64,000 bases of DNA from NCBI GenBank assembly GCA_963678485.1, contig OY782882.1:4066339-4130338 (forward strand), in the 5' to 3' direction. Positions within the stretch are counted from its first letter, which is position 1; each line of letters opens with the position of its first letter. The stretch comes from Bacteroidales bacterium (GTDB lineage: Bacteria > Bacteroidota > Bacteroidia > Bacteroidales > CAIWKO01). A model generated the notes under the pieces. The model was not told the origin of the DNA, searched no databases, and was given only the letters and a program-made list of their open reading frames with translations. Position numbers and translations under genes: made by a program. This document shows, in pieces, positions 22,663-30,976 of this stretch.

Positions 22663-24162
22663 ATGAAAAAACTATTCTTACTTTGCTCTCTTTTTCTGCT
22701 TTTTTCCATTGGCCTGAAGGCCCAACCAATTCAGGGAGAAATTCTTGCTGACTCCGGAAACTTAAAAGTGGTGCGAGTTTGGGGCACACATTACGAGCGA
22801 GGTTATGCATACGGATATTTGTGTGAACCTAATATTATGGCAATATGGGAAGACTATATTGTTCCCAATTACTCTACAGTTCTGCCTTTTGCACGCATTT
22901 TAATAGGCAATCCGTCAAATTTTTCTATTGATTCGATTTACATTCGCGAGGCACAGGGCATACTTGACGGTTTGGGTGCTGCTGGTGCAGATACCGCTGG
23001 GTTAAGCTATCTGGATATTTTTGTTGTGAATTTTATGACCGACCTTGAAGGTTTCATGCCGAAGGCGGGCTTTATGACGCATCAGTGTTCGAGTATGATG
23101 AACTGGGGAACTTCCACACTCGCCTCTGATTTATCTGGAAAATCTGTGATAGCGCATCATTTGGATGCTGTTGGTTATGATTCGATTGTTGCGCATAATC
23201 AGGTAATGGTAGTGCACATTCCAAGTGAAGCGAATGAGCAGGCCTGGTTGTTAACCGGTATTGCTGGTCAAATGGTGGCTTCACAGGCAGTGAATGAAAG
23301 TGGTATTGCAGCATTTCTGAACACGGTAAATGGATTTTCTGCACAAACAGGACAGGGCTATGAGCCCATGACGATCACATTGCGTAAGAGTATTGAACGT
23401 CTGGATTACAATGGTGACGGGCTTCACAATACTAATGATGTACGTGCAGCCATTCAAAGCAATACGAAATATTCCCGCGGTTTTATTGTATGTGCATTAG
23501 CACCTTCAACATGCATTGAAGATACATTAATCTCTATGGTTGCAGAACTGGCTTCTGTTGCGCCTTTTATCACATTTCGTCATATAAATGATGTAGATTC
23601 TATTGTCGGCGATAATCTGTATGCCGCGAATGATATGATAAAGCGTAATAATGCACAGCAGTATTGTAGTCGGTACTTACAAGTGAAAGCAGCCATTAAT
23701 GGCGACTATGCAGGTGTAGGCATTGGTGCCCAGGATAATTGGGATATCATGCATGACCATTCCACACAGACCAGTAATCTACAATTCATACAAGTCATCC
23801 CTGAACTCAATAGATTTAGCATTTCTGTGAGCGACAATGCACAGCCGGGTTATCTATTTGCGCCGCAGGTTTTCGACATGCTGCAATTGTTTGATCACAC
23901 AGCAGGAATGCCACAAGTGGGGGAATCGAATTCAGCGATGCATCTATATCCTAATCCAGTTACCTCAAGTCTATCTGTTTCTATACCTGATCAACAAGGA
24001 AGAATGAAATGCTATTTGAGTGATATCGAAGGTCGTGTTTTGAATGTTGTTGATATTGATAATTATTCGACCATCGATGTAAGTGGACTTTCTTCGGGCT
24101 TGTATTTTCTGCACGTCAGTAGTTCCAATGGTTCCTTTAGCGGGAGGTTTGTGAAGGAATAA
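22663..24162 (+). CDS. Secreted hypothetical protein with a type IX secretion C-terminal sorting domain (possible Ntn-hydrolase-like fold, very tentative)
   Basis: There is a signal peptide. The C-terminal sorting domain is HLYPNPVTSSLSVS. An internal Cys (HQCSSMMNWG) might be an autoproteolytic nucleophile, but this is unverified. Confidence 0.4.
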   Translation: MKKLFLLCSLFLLFSIGLKAQPIQGEILADSGNLKVVRVWGTHYERGYAYGYLCEPNIMAIWEDYIVPNYSTVLPFARILIGNPSNFSIDSIYIREAQGILDGLGAAGADTAGLSYLDIFVVNFMTDLEGFMPKAGFMTHQCSSMMNWGTSTLASDLSGKSVIAHHLDAVGYDSIVAHNQVMVVHIPSEANEQAWLLTGIAGQMVASQAVNESGIAAFLNTVNGFSAQTGQGYEPMTITLRKSIERLDYNGDGLHNTNDVRAAIQSNTKYSRGFIVCALAPSTCIEDTLISMVAELASVAPFITFRHINDVDSIVGDNLYAANDMIKRNNAQQYCSRYLQVKAAINGDYAGVGIGAQDNWDIMHDHSTQTSNLQFIQVIPELNRFSISVSDNAQPGYLFAPQVFDMLQLFDHTAGMPQVGESNSAMHLYPNPVTSSLSVSIPDQQGRMKCYLSDIEGRVLNVVDIDNYSTIDVSGLSSGLYFLHVSSSNGSFSGRFVKE

Positions 24163-24207
24163 ATATTCTTCAACAAGCACAAACATTATTTAAATTATTA
24201 CAAACTA

Positions 24208-24362
24208 ATTAGTGCCTGTCCATAAAGTCCGTCTGCGGCGTTGTCCTCGTATTGTCGGGCAGTCGATTACGCCAGTAAACTCCTGCCCGCCAACACTTCG
24301 GACGCCTTGTCTCGCCTTAGGCGAGAGAGCTTTCTGATCAGTCACTGAGTTTATGGACGGAC
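24208..24362 (+). repeat. Structured ~150-bp element (copy B) immediately 3' of the gene at 22663-24162
   Basis: It is homologous to 22354-22497. The terminal inverted repeats are GTCCATAAAG and CTTTATGGAC. It also contains an internal palindrome CTCGCCTTAGGCGAGAG. Confidence 0.5.
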
Positions 24363-24363
24363 T

Positions 24364-25497
24364 CTAATTAATGTTTCGAACGGCCCAGCAGCGAAATTCG
24401 TAATTCGTTTCTTTGCCATCGAGGGTTTTGTTTTCGAAGTCAACCACGTTTTTGCCTGACTCAGCGCCGTTTCTGATAAATGGATCTCCGCACCAGTAGG
24501 CCTTAGGAAGCACATTGGAAAAACCATTTTCGTTGAGCCATTTGCATTCGTAGGGTGCATCTTTTATTTTTGAGATTTTCATCATTTCTTTTAATTCTTT
24601 CAAGGTTGGAAGACGCCAATCGGTATAACCTGCCAGTGAAAGCGAATCCGTATATGCCTTAGCGTTATCCCAGTACATGGCCTGATCAGGCGGGGTTTTC
24701 ATCCACATCAGTTTGGCTTTTCCATCAGTGACCGTACCATTGCCATTATCAGTAAAGCGTCCTGTGAAATCTTCATACGCATCTATCTCAACAATACCAA
24801 CTGCAAGCGGATCCGAATAGACATAACCTATACCGCCTGTAGAAATTCTGGGTTCCCAAATGTAAAGGTCAGCGTTCCATTTTTGTTCAATTTGTCCGCC
24901 GGGTACTGAATACTCATATGCAACGCGGAAGGTAATATAGAACTTATCGCCCGGAACGGCTGATTGCAAATCGCTTCCAATAAAAAATTTGAGATTTGAG
25001 CCTTCCGGCGACCAATCTAGGCCTGTTGTATTTCTTGATGCTACTGTTTCATCGTAGGATTGCATTAGCTCAGCGCATGGTGCTGCCCAAAGAGGAATAT
25101 CGGTTTTTGTTTTGGGCCATTTACTTGCATCTGTTGGCTGGCCGTTGATTTCAGGATGCCAGCACCAGATGGTCCAGACCATAAATTCGTTGGTTTTACT
25201 ATTTAAATTTTGAGGTCTTTCTTTCTCAAGTTTAGTAATAAAGCTGCCAACGGTAGTTCCCTGGGGGAGGATTGCCCTAAGATCCATTGTAGTTTCTTCT
25301 CCAACGGGAAACATGAATTTTCCGTTTTTATAATTGAATTGTGCCGCATCATATTTTACAAATTGAGGAAATCCATCAAATGATGGCAGAACGATGCCAT
25401 AGCCAAAGGTTTGAGTGTAAGCGGGGTCGAGCGATTGTGAAAATCCACTTTCGACCAACAAGGTCATTAAGATTAACGATACAATAATCTTTTTCAT
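24364..25497 (-). CDS. Secreted DUF1566 (Lcl C-terminal domain) protein
   Basis: There is a signal peptide. The C-terminal signature TDWRLPTLKELKEM is typical of DUF1566. Confidence 0.55.
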   Translation of the reverse strand: MKKIIVSLILMTLLVESGFSQSLDPAYTQTFGYGIVLPSFDGFPQFVKYDAAQFNYKNGKFMFPVGEETTMDLRAILPQGTTVGSFITKLEKERPQNLNSKTNEFMVWTIWCWHPEINGQPTDASKWPKTKTDIPLWAAPCAELMQSYDETVASRNTTGLDWSPEGSNLKFFIGSDLQSAVPGDKFYITFRVAYEYSVPGGQIEQKWNADLYIWEPRISTGGIGYVYSDPLAVGIVEIDAYEDFTGRFTDNGNGTVTDGKAKLMWMKTPPDQAMYWDNAKAYTDSLSLAGYTDWRLPTLKELKEMMKISKIKDAPYECKWLNENGFSNVLPKAYWCGDPFIRNGAESGKNVVDFENKTLDGKETNYEFRCWAVRNIN

Positions 25498-25800
25498 AAT
25501 CTTTAGTGTTAGGGATGATTGGTTTGATACACACTACAAAGGAACAACAATTCGGCAACACCAGCGCCTTAGATTCACCGGATTCTTACTAGTGAAACAC
25601 GGGTTTTGATGTTATGTGATTGGATTAATAAAATTCGGCTCAATGATTAAGTAGGCATATTTGAGAGATTGATATTATTTCGTTTTTCCATCATTGTTCG
25701 AAATTCAATACTTTTTTTCATACCTTTGCACCCCTAAAACTGTATTACGCGATTTGATGGGGTGTTTATAATCAAGTTATAGTAATACAACAATAGTTGA

Positions 25801-25874
25801 GGTTCCGTAGCTCAGTTGGATAGAGCAACAGCCTTCTAAGCTGTGGGTCGCGCGTTCGAATCGCGCCGGAATCA
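25801..25874 (+). tRNA. tRNA-Arg (anticodon TCT)
   Basis: The acceptor GGTTCCG pairs with CGGAATC, including one G-U pair. The anticodon loop is CTTCTAA. The T-arm is GCGCGTTCGAATCGCGC. Confidence 0.85.
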
Positions 25875-26063
25875 CTAAGGATTCAGAAGGTTTTCAAAAA
25901 GCAGGTTTAACAGGGTTTAAATCTGCTTTTGTTTTTTTAATCTTTCATTTAAGCTGCAACAACACGGGTATCCATCCAAAGTTGCTTCTGTAGTCTGCCG
26001 TTACCTTGTAAAAGTTAACCGTTATCTGATTCAATGTAATACAATAATAAAAGTCTTATATAT

Positions 26064-27299
26064 TTGTTATTTCTAATTTACTTTTCTCTACTAATAAAAG
26101 TTGACAGAATGAAAAAAATAATTACGTTTATTTTGTTTCTTGCTGCATGCAATATTTCTTCGGCGCAGTGGACAGCCATTGATACCGCAGATATAAATGC
26201 GATATGGCTTGTTGAGCCAGATAATGGGTGGTCATTTCAACAGCAATTCAAACATTGGGATGGAGCCAGCTGGAGTGTTGCAGTGCAAGATTCGGCATTT
26301 GGCGCTTCTTGCTGTGCTTTTCCAGCTGCAAACAATGGCTGGGCATTTGGTTATCAGGATAGCTTGTACAGATTTGATGGTTCCTCATGGACAAAATACT
26401 TTTCAGGAATGCCCTATATTCGTTATTGTGATTTTTATGATAGTGACCATGGTTGGGCATTAACAGGTGGACTCTCATATAAATATCATAATGGAATATG
26501 GACACCCTATCCAATAAATTTACCTTCATACATTTTTTGCGATGTGATGGCCATTTCCGCAAGTGATTCAGCTGTCGCCTGGATATCTGGAATTGCTAAC
26601 TTTAATAATCCAAATACAGATACTTCTTATCTGTTAAAGTTTGTGACAAATCAATGGGTGATCGATACTGCGATTGCTGATACATATTTATTTAGTGTTT
26701 GTTTTACTGATCAAAATCATGGCTGGGCTAGCGGATTATGTGATAATAATTCTGTAATATATAAGTATAACGGTAGCCATTGGTCTTTGGATTACCAGAG
26801 TCAAGATCCCTATGGTACAAGTTGTATTTATATGTATGATAATAATCATGGATGGGCATCAAGTGAATCTAGAAAACTATATAATTATGATGGATTTAAC
26901 TGGTTCATTCAGGATACAACTCTTAGGTTGATTTGTCAATTCTCTTTTGCTAACCAAATGAATGGCTGGGCATTAGGGAGAAGCACTGCTCATATTGGGC
27001 CGTATAATGTTGTTTATAGCACTACAACAGGCGGATTCGGCATGGATAAACTCTTTTATGATGAATCATCGGATTATCTTGTTTTTCCAAATCCCGCAAC
27101 AACAACAATAACGCTGAATATTCCTGCAGAATTTGGTCTAACAGGATCACTTGAGGTTTATAATAGTCTGGGGCGGGTGGTAGAAGTTCACGCGCTATGT
27201 ACTCCACTAGATGTTAGGACATGGACAAGGGGGTTGTATTTTGTTGCGATCAAAAATGATAGAGGTGAAAGATTGTGCGCTAAAGTGGTTAAGGAATAG
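26064..27299 (+). CDS. Secreted repeat (propeller-like, Trp-rich NGWA/HGWA repeats) protein with a type IX secretion C-terminal sorting domain
   Basis: The likely start is at MKKIITFILFLAAC, at about 26109. It has 7-8 repeats centred on [NH]GWA[FLS]. The C-terminal sorting domain is LVFPNPATTTITL. Confidence 0.5.
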   Translation: MLFLIYFSLLIKVDRMKKIITFILFLAACNISSAQWTAIDTADINAIWLVEPDNGWSFQQQFKHWDGASWSVAVQDSAFGASCCAFPAANNGWAFGYQDSLYRFDGSSWTKYFSGMPYIRYCDFYDSDHGWALTGGLSYKYHNGIWTPYPINLPSYIFCDVMAISASDSAVAWISGIANFNNPNTDTSYLLKFVTNQWVIDTAIADTYLFSVCFTDQNHGWASGLCDNNSVIYKYNGSHWSLDYQSQDPYGTSCIYMYDNNHGWASSESRKLYNYDGFNWFIQDTTLRLICQFSFANQMNGWALGRSTAHIGPYNVVYSTTTGGFGMDKLFYDESSDYLVFPNPATTTITLNIPAEFGLTGSLEVYNSLGRVVEVHALCTPLDVRTWTRGLYFVAIKNDRGERLCAKVVKE

Positions 27300-27385
27300 C
27301 AAATTAATGAATTTGAACTCGTTCTATTGAGATTTCAATCGTTAAGTAAAACGATAATGAAGGCACTCTGATTGAGCTATTTTTT

Positions 27386-28204
27386 TTACTCAATCAGATC
27401 AAATTCGAATTTTCCAATATCATCCCGCATTAGCCATAAGCTAGGCTTAGCAACAAAATTCCCTGGACGAATTCCGCATTTTATATAGTACTCTTTGCCC
27501 GGTTCTATAGTGATAGTCAGTGAAGCCCGAGATTCGGTAACTGCAATTATTGTAACTGTACCGTAATGATTAATAATAACATCTTTGCTACTGCTATTGA
27601 TGGAGTTATAAACCAAGGAATCGTTAAGCAAAACGGGATAGACCCAAATGTTTCCGTAAGTGGTATTTGTTCGATAAAAATGAAGTATAGCATGTGTTGT
27701 AGTGTCTGAACTTTGTTGCACTGACGGTTCCGTGAAATTCGTATCTAAAGGAATTCTATAGATCTCCGCCCTGAGTTTTCGCTCAGATGTGACATAATCG
27801 GTCGGAGAGGGCATTGTTATACGAAGCGCATTACCACCAATCTTCTTTGCTTCATACTTTGCCTCTAGTATATTTTTTTCAAGGTTGTCACCTAATGCGC
27901 TCTTTGCACCGAAAATACGCACGAAACCCAATTTTTCAGCATTATCGGGCAATGTATCTCTGATTCCGTATAAAGCAATATGATTACAATTTAAATTGTT
28001 GTCATATGTTTTTATAATGGAGGTTCGGATGTGACTGCAGGCCGATAGCAGAATTGTACATATTATAATTGAAATGAATATATTTTTGGGTGCAATGGGT
28101 GATGTCATGATATCGGGTATGGCTGGTTTATTTATATTTTTCGTTGTGATATTATTGCCATCACAAACAAATGATTTCATATTTTGGAATGATTTAGATA
28201 TCAA
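27386..28204 (-). CDS. Hypothetical lipoprotein
   Basis: There is an internal Met followed by a lipobox (ILLSAC). No recognisable domain was seen. Confidence 0.4.
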   Translation of the reverse strand: MISKSFQNMKSFVCDGNNITTKNINKPAIPDIMTSPIAPKNIFISIIICTILLSACSHIRTSIIKTYDNNLNCNHIALYGIRDTLPDNAEKLGFVRIFGAKSALGDNLEKNILEAKYEAKKIGGNALRITMPSPTDYVTSERKLRAEIYRIPLDTNFTEPSVQQSSDTTTHAILHFYRTNTTYGNIWVYPVLLNDSLVYNSINSSSKDVIINHYGTVTIIAVTESRASLTITIEPGKEYYIKCGIRPGNFVAKPSLWLMRDDIGKFEFDLIE

Positions 28205-28260
28205 AAATACGAATATTAATATTGATGCATTATAGAATTTGAACCGATGTTGAAATGTGC

Positions 28261-28495
28261 GATGCCTGCGGCATCGGGATGGCGGTGCGGGTGTGATGGG
28301 AGCTACAAAGGTGGGATGCCTTCGGCATCCATTGATGCGGTGCGGTTGTGATGGGTGTTACAATGGGGGATGCCTTCGGCATCCTAGGGAGATGTGCAGT
28401 TTTGGGAGGCGTAGCATGGTTGCGATGCCTTCGGCATCTTTGGCGTGGTGCAGTTTTGAGAGATGTCAGATGGGTGAGATGCCTATGGCATCGGG
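28261..28495 (+). repeat. Array of 5 REP-like units (~56 bp each), each built around the hairpin GATGCC-TTCG-GGCATC
   Basis: Hairpins recur at about 28261, 28318, 28373, 28428 and 28477. The inter-hairpin segments are also mutually similar (GGTGCGGNTGTGATGGG, GTGCAGTTTTGRGAGG). Further GAAG and TTCG tetraloop hairpins lie at 28618-28636 and 28668-28691. Confidence 0.75.
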
Positions 28496-28702
28496 CGATT
28501 CGAGAATTGAATGTTGATGTTAATAACGACGCTTCTCGTACCTATGCTGGACTGTGTTTGTAAAACATTGATGATTGAAGAATCATAGGAAATGCTGAAA
28601 ATTCAATCCCAATGTGATTATCCCGAAGGGATAACACATTGGTGGAAAATGGCTGCAGTGTAGGTTGTGCGACCCCGAAGGGGTCGAACATTGTACAAAA
28701 AA

Positions 28703-29182
28703 TCAAATATCTAAATTTGAATATTCAATCCAATCAAATAGAAATCGATCTTCATAAGATATTTCAAATTTTTTCAAGAATCCTATGTATTCTGATTTAA
28801 AAGCGGTTTTACTATGATGTTCTTTTTGCCGCATAATATACTTGACTACTCTATCAATTTGTGATTGGCTATAAGTAAATGCCCCATATCCTTCTTGCCA
28901 GTAAAATTTCTGTTTGGTGAATTTTCCCTCGTTTATAAATGTGTTGCTTGATTTTTTTATTTCTCTCACCAAATCCGAAATCCGACATTCGGGTTTCATC
29001 CCAATAAAAATATGTATGTGGTCTGGCATACCATTTATTGCAAGCATTTTTTGACCATTTTTCTGAACGATGCCAGTGATGTATTTGTGCAATCGTTCTT
29101 CCCATGAAGGGAGGATCAGTGCATTTCGATGTTTTACAGCGAAAACCACCTGAACGTGGAGTTTTGAAAATGTTCCGGACAT
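28703..29182 (-). CDS. tnpA: IS200/IS605-family Y1 (HUH) transposase TnpA, possibly a REP-associated tyrosine transposase (RAYT)
   Basis: The ORF is 159 aa. The HUH motif is HIHIF. The upstream motif is HVQVVFAVKHR. There is a C-terminal Tyr region (QEGYGAFTYS). Hairpin repeats lie on both sides of the gene. Confidence 0.75.
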   Translation of the reverse strand: MSGTFSKLHVQVVFAVKHRNALILPSWEERLHKYITGIVQKNGQKMLAINGMPDHIHIFIGMKPECRISDLVREIKKSSNTFINEGKFTKQKFYWQEGYGAFTYSQSQIDRVVKYIMRQKEHHSKTAFKSEYIGFLKKFEISYEDRFLFDWIEYSNLDI

Positions 29183-29301
29183 AATTAGATTTATTTGTTT
29201 TGTTTCTGTAAAAATAAAAATAATTTAAATGAAAAATTGATTGTTTTTTTGTGATACCCCTTCGGGGTCGGATACAAATATTATTGTTTTTCATAATGTG
29301 C

Positions 29302-29580
29302 GATGCCGACGGCATCGGGATGGCGGTGCGGGTGGGATGGGAGCTACAAAGGGGGGATGCCTTCGGCATCCAGGGTAGCAGTGCAGTTTTGAGAGGCGTA
29401 ATAGGGTTGCGATGCCTTCGGCATCCATGCTGTGTTGCAGGTGTGATGGGTGTCACCTAGGGGGGATGCCTTCGGCATCCAACAGAGCAGTGCAATTTTG
29501 AAAGGCGTAGCATGGTTGTGATGCCTTCGGGGTCAATGGGCAGCAGTGCAAGTTGTGCGACCCCGAATGGGTCGAACACA
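29302..29580 (+). repeat. Second array of 5 REP-like hairpin units, paralogous to 28261-28495, ending in the hairpin GTGCGACCCCGAATGGGTCGAACA
   Basis: The first unit is nearly identical to the first unit of the left array. GATGCCTTCGGCATC recurs. The terminal hairpin at 29553-29577 is a direct repeat of the one at 28668-28691. Confidence 0.75.
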
Positions 29581-29752
29581 ATATGTGGTTGCGCATGAAT
29601 AGCGAGTGCATCGATGTCATTGGTTGATTTGTAAGGGGCATGGCGTCGAAAACCATATTGAATACGCTGTATTGCTTGATTAATGAATAAAAGCACATGT
29701 TTCTAATCTTTAATCATTAAATTTGTGACCATATTTCACAAACAATCTTGCA

Positions 29753-30847
29753 ATGAATACGATTCATAATCTAAAAAAAGGAATTTTTATAATCGCTTTT
29801 CTGAGCCTGACTATTTCTTCGTGTAAAAAGGATGATGAGGTAAAGCTTTCTGTAATAAAAAAACCAACCACAGCTGCTTATGTTGGAAGTTACTATCTTT
29901 CAACCGCGCGCTATATTCTGGCGGCTTCGGGTGCAGGAGACAAGGTGCTTTTTGCCGGTGGCTCCGATGGTAATATAGATAATGATCAGGTTGATATTTA
30001 CGATGTTGTTACACATTCATGGACTACTTCTCAACTTTCAGAAGGCCGGCATGGATTAGCATCCGCTTCCAATGGTGATCTGATCATGTTTGCAGGCGGA
30101 TGGATCAATGGCAACTATTCAAAGGCCGTAGATTTTTATAACGTAAAAACTGGACTCTGGACTTATTCGGAATTGAGTGCTTCAAGAGGATACCCGGCTG
30201 CAGCAAGTGCAGGCGACAAGATGGTTGTGGCTGGTGGCTTTAATGGTACATATTCTACTATTGTCGATATCTATACTATTTCTACTGGATTATGGACTAC
30301 AGGTCAATTGAGCGAAGGGAGGAATTTTATTACAGCGGCTGGCTGTGGTAACAAAATTCTTTTTGGTGGCGGGTCCACTGGTTCGCAACCTACAAGTACC
30401 GTAGATATTTATAATATTACTGACAATACTTGGTCTGTTTCCCACCTTAGCAGTCCCCGGTTTTTTCTTACCGCAACCGCGGCTGGTGGTAAAGTGTTTT
30501 TTGCCGGTGGTTCCGACAATGTGGCTTTTTCTGATATTGTTGATATCTATGATGTGGCTAGTGGTACATGGTCGGTGAGCCATTTAAGCGAAGCCCGAAA
30601 TGATTTATCCGCTGCGGCCATTGGGAACATTGTTCTGTTTGCCGGTGGTAGCAATCTCCTTGGTGAGTCAGATGTGGTAGATATTTATGATTTAAGCACA
30701 GGCTTGTGGTCGGTTTCGCATTTGAGCGAAGCACGCGGATATTTGGCCGGTGCAGCCACAAGAGATAAATTTGTTTTTGCTGGTGGTCTGAATGGTCCTA
30801 ATTGGACAGATGTTACAAAAACGGTTGATGTTTTTGAACTAAAATAG
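29753..30847 (+). CDS. Kelch-repeat (galactose-oxidase-like beta-propeller) lipoprotein
   Basis: There is a lipoprotein signal (LTISSCKKD). There are seven ~47-aa repeats of the form AGG..G....VDIYD..T..W. Confidence 0.65.
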   Translation: MNTIHNLKKGIFIIAFLSLTISSCKKDDEVKLSVIKKPTTAAYVGSYYLSTARYILAASGAGDKVLFAGGSDGNIDNDQVDIYDVVTHSWTTSQLSEGRHGLASASNGDLIMFAGGWINGNYSKAVDFYNVKTGLWTYSELSASRGYPAAASAGDKMVVAGGFNGTYSTIVDIYTISTGLWTTGQLSEGRNFITAAGCGNKILFGGGSTGSQPTSTVDIYNITDNTWSVSHLSSPRFFLTATAAGGKVFFAGGSDNVAFSDIVDIYDVASGTWSVSHLSEARNDLSAAAIGNIVLFAGGSNLLGESDVVDIYDLSTGLWSVSHLSEARGYLAGAATRDKFVFAGGLNGPNWTDVTKTVDVFELK

Positions 30848-30976
30848 TTCATCATCATCGCAGACCTATCCGGTTCAAGAATAAATATTCTTAATATTTA
30901 CTTTTTTTTCTAAAGAGTGATTACATTTATACCTTAAATGTTATTCACTCTTTAATAATTTAAAGGAGGTACATAA

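Noticed and set aside
28257-28563. ORFs 28257-28517 and 28348-28563 encoding CLRHP... repeat peptides
   Set aside because: They are translations of the REP-like hairpin array, where GATGCCTTCGGCATC gives the recurring CLRHP. The periodicity is that of the DNA repeat and there is no independent coding signal.
28869-29456. 195-aa minus-strand ORF overlapping the tnpA gene
   Set aside because: It is an alternate frame of the well-supported 159-aa HUH transposase that extends into the hairpin array. It has Arg/His-rich, low-complexity composition.
28261-29580. CRISPR array interpretation of the hairpin arrays, and likewise of the 46-bp array at 54325-54960
   Set aside because: The sequences between the palindromes are themselves conserved from unit to unit, with no unique spacers. 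The period is irregular (28-29 kb region) or the whole unit is repeated (54 kb region). No cas genes are nearby.
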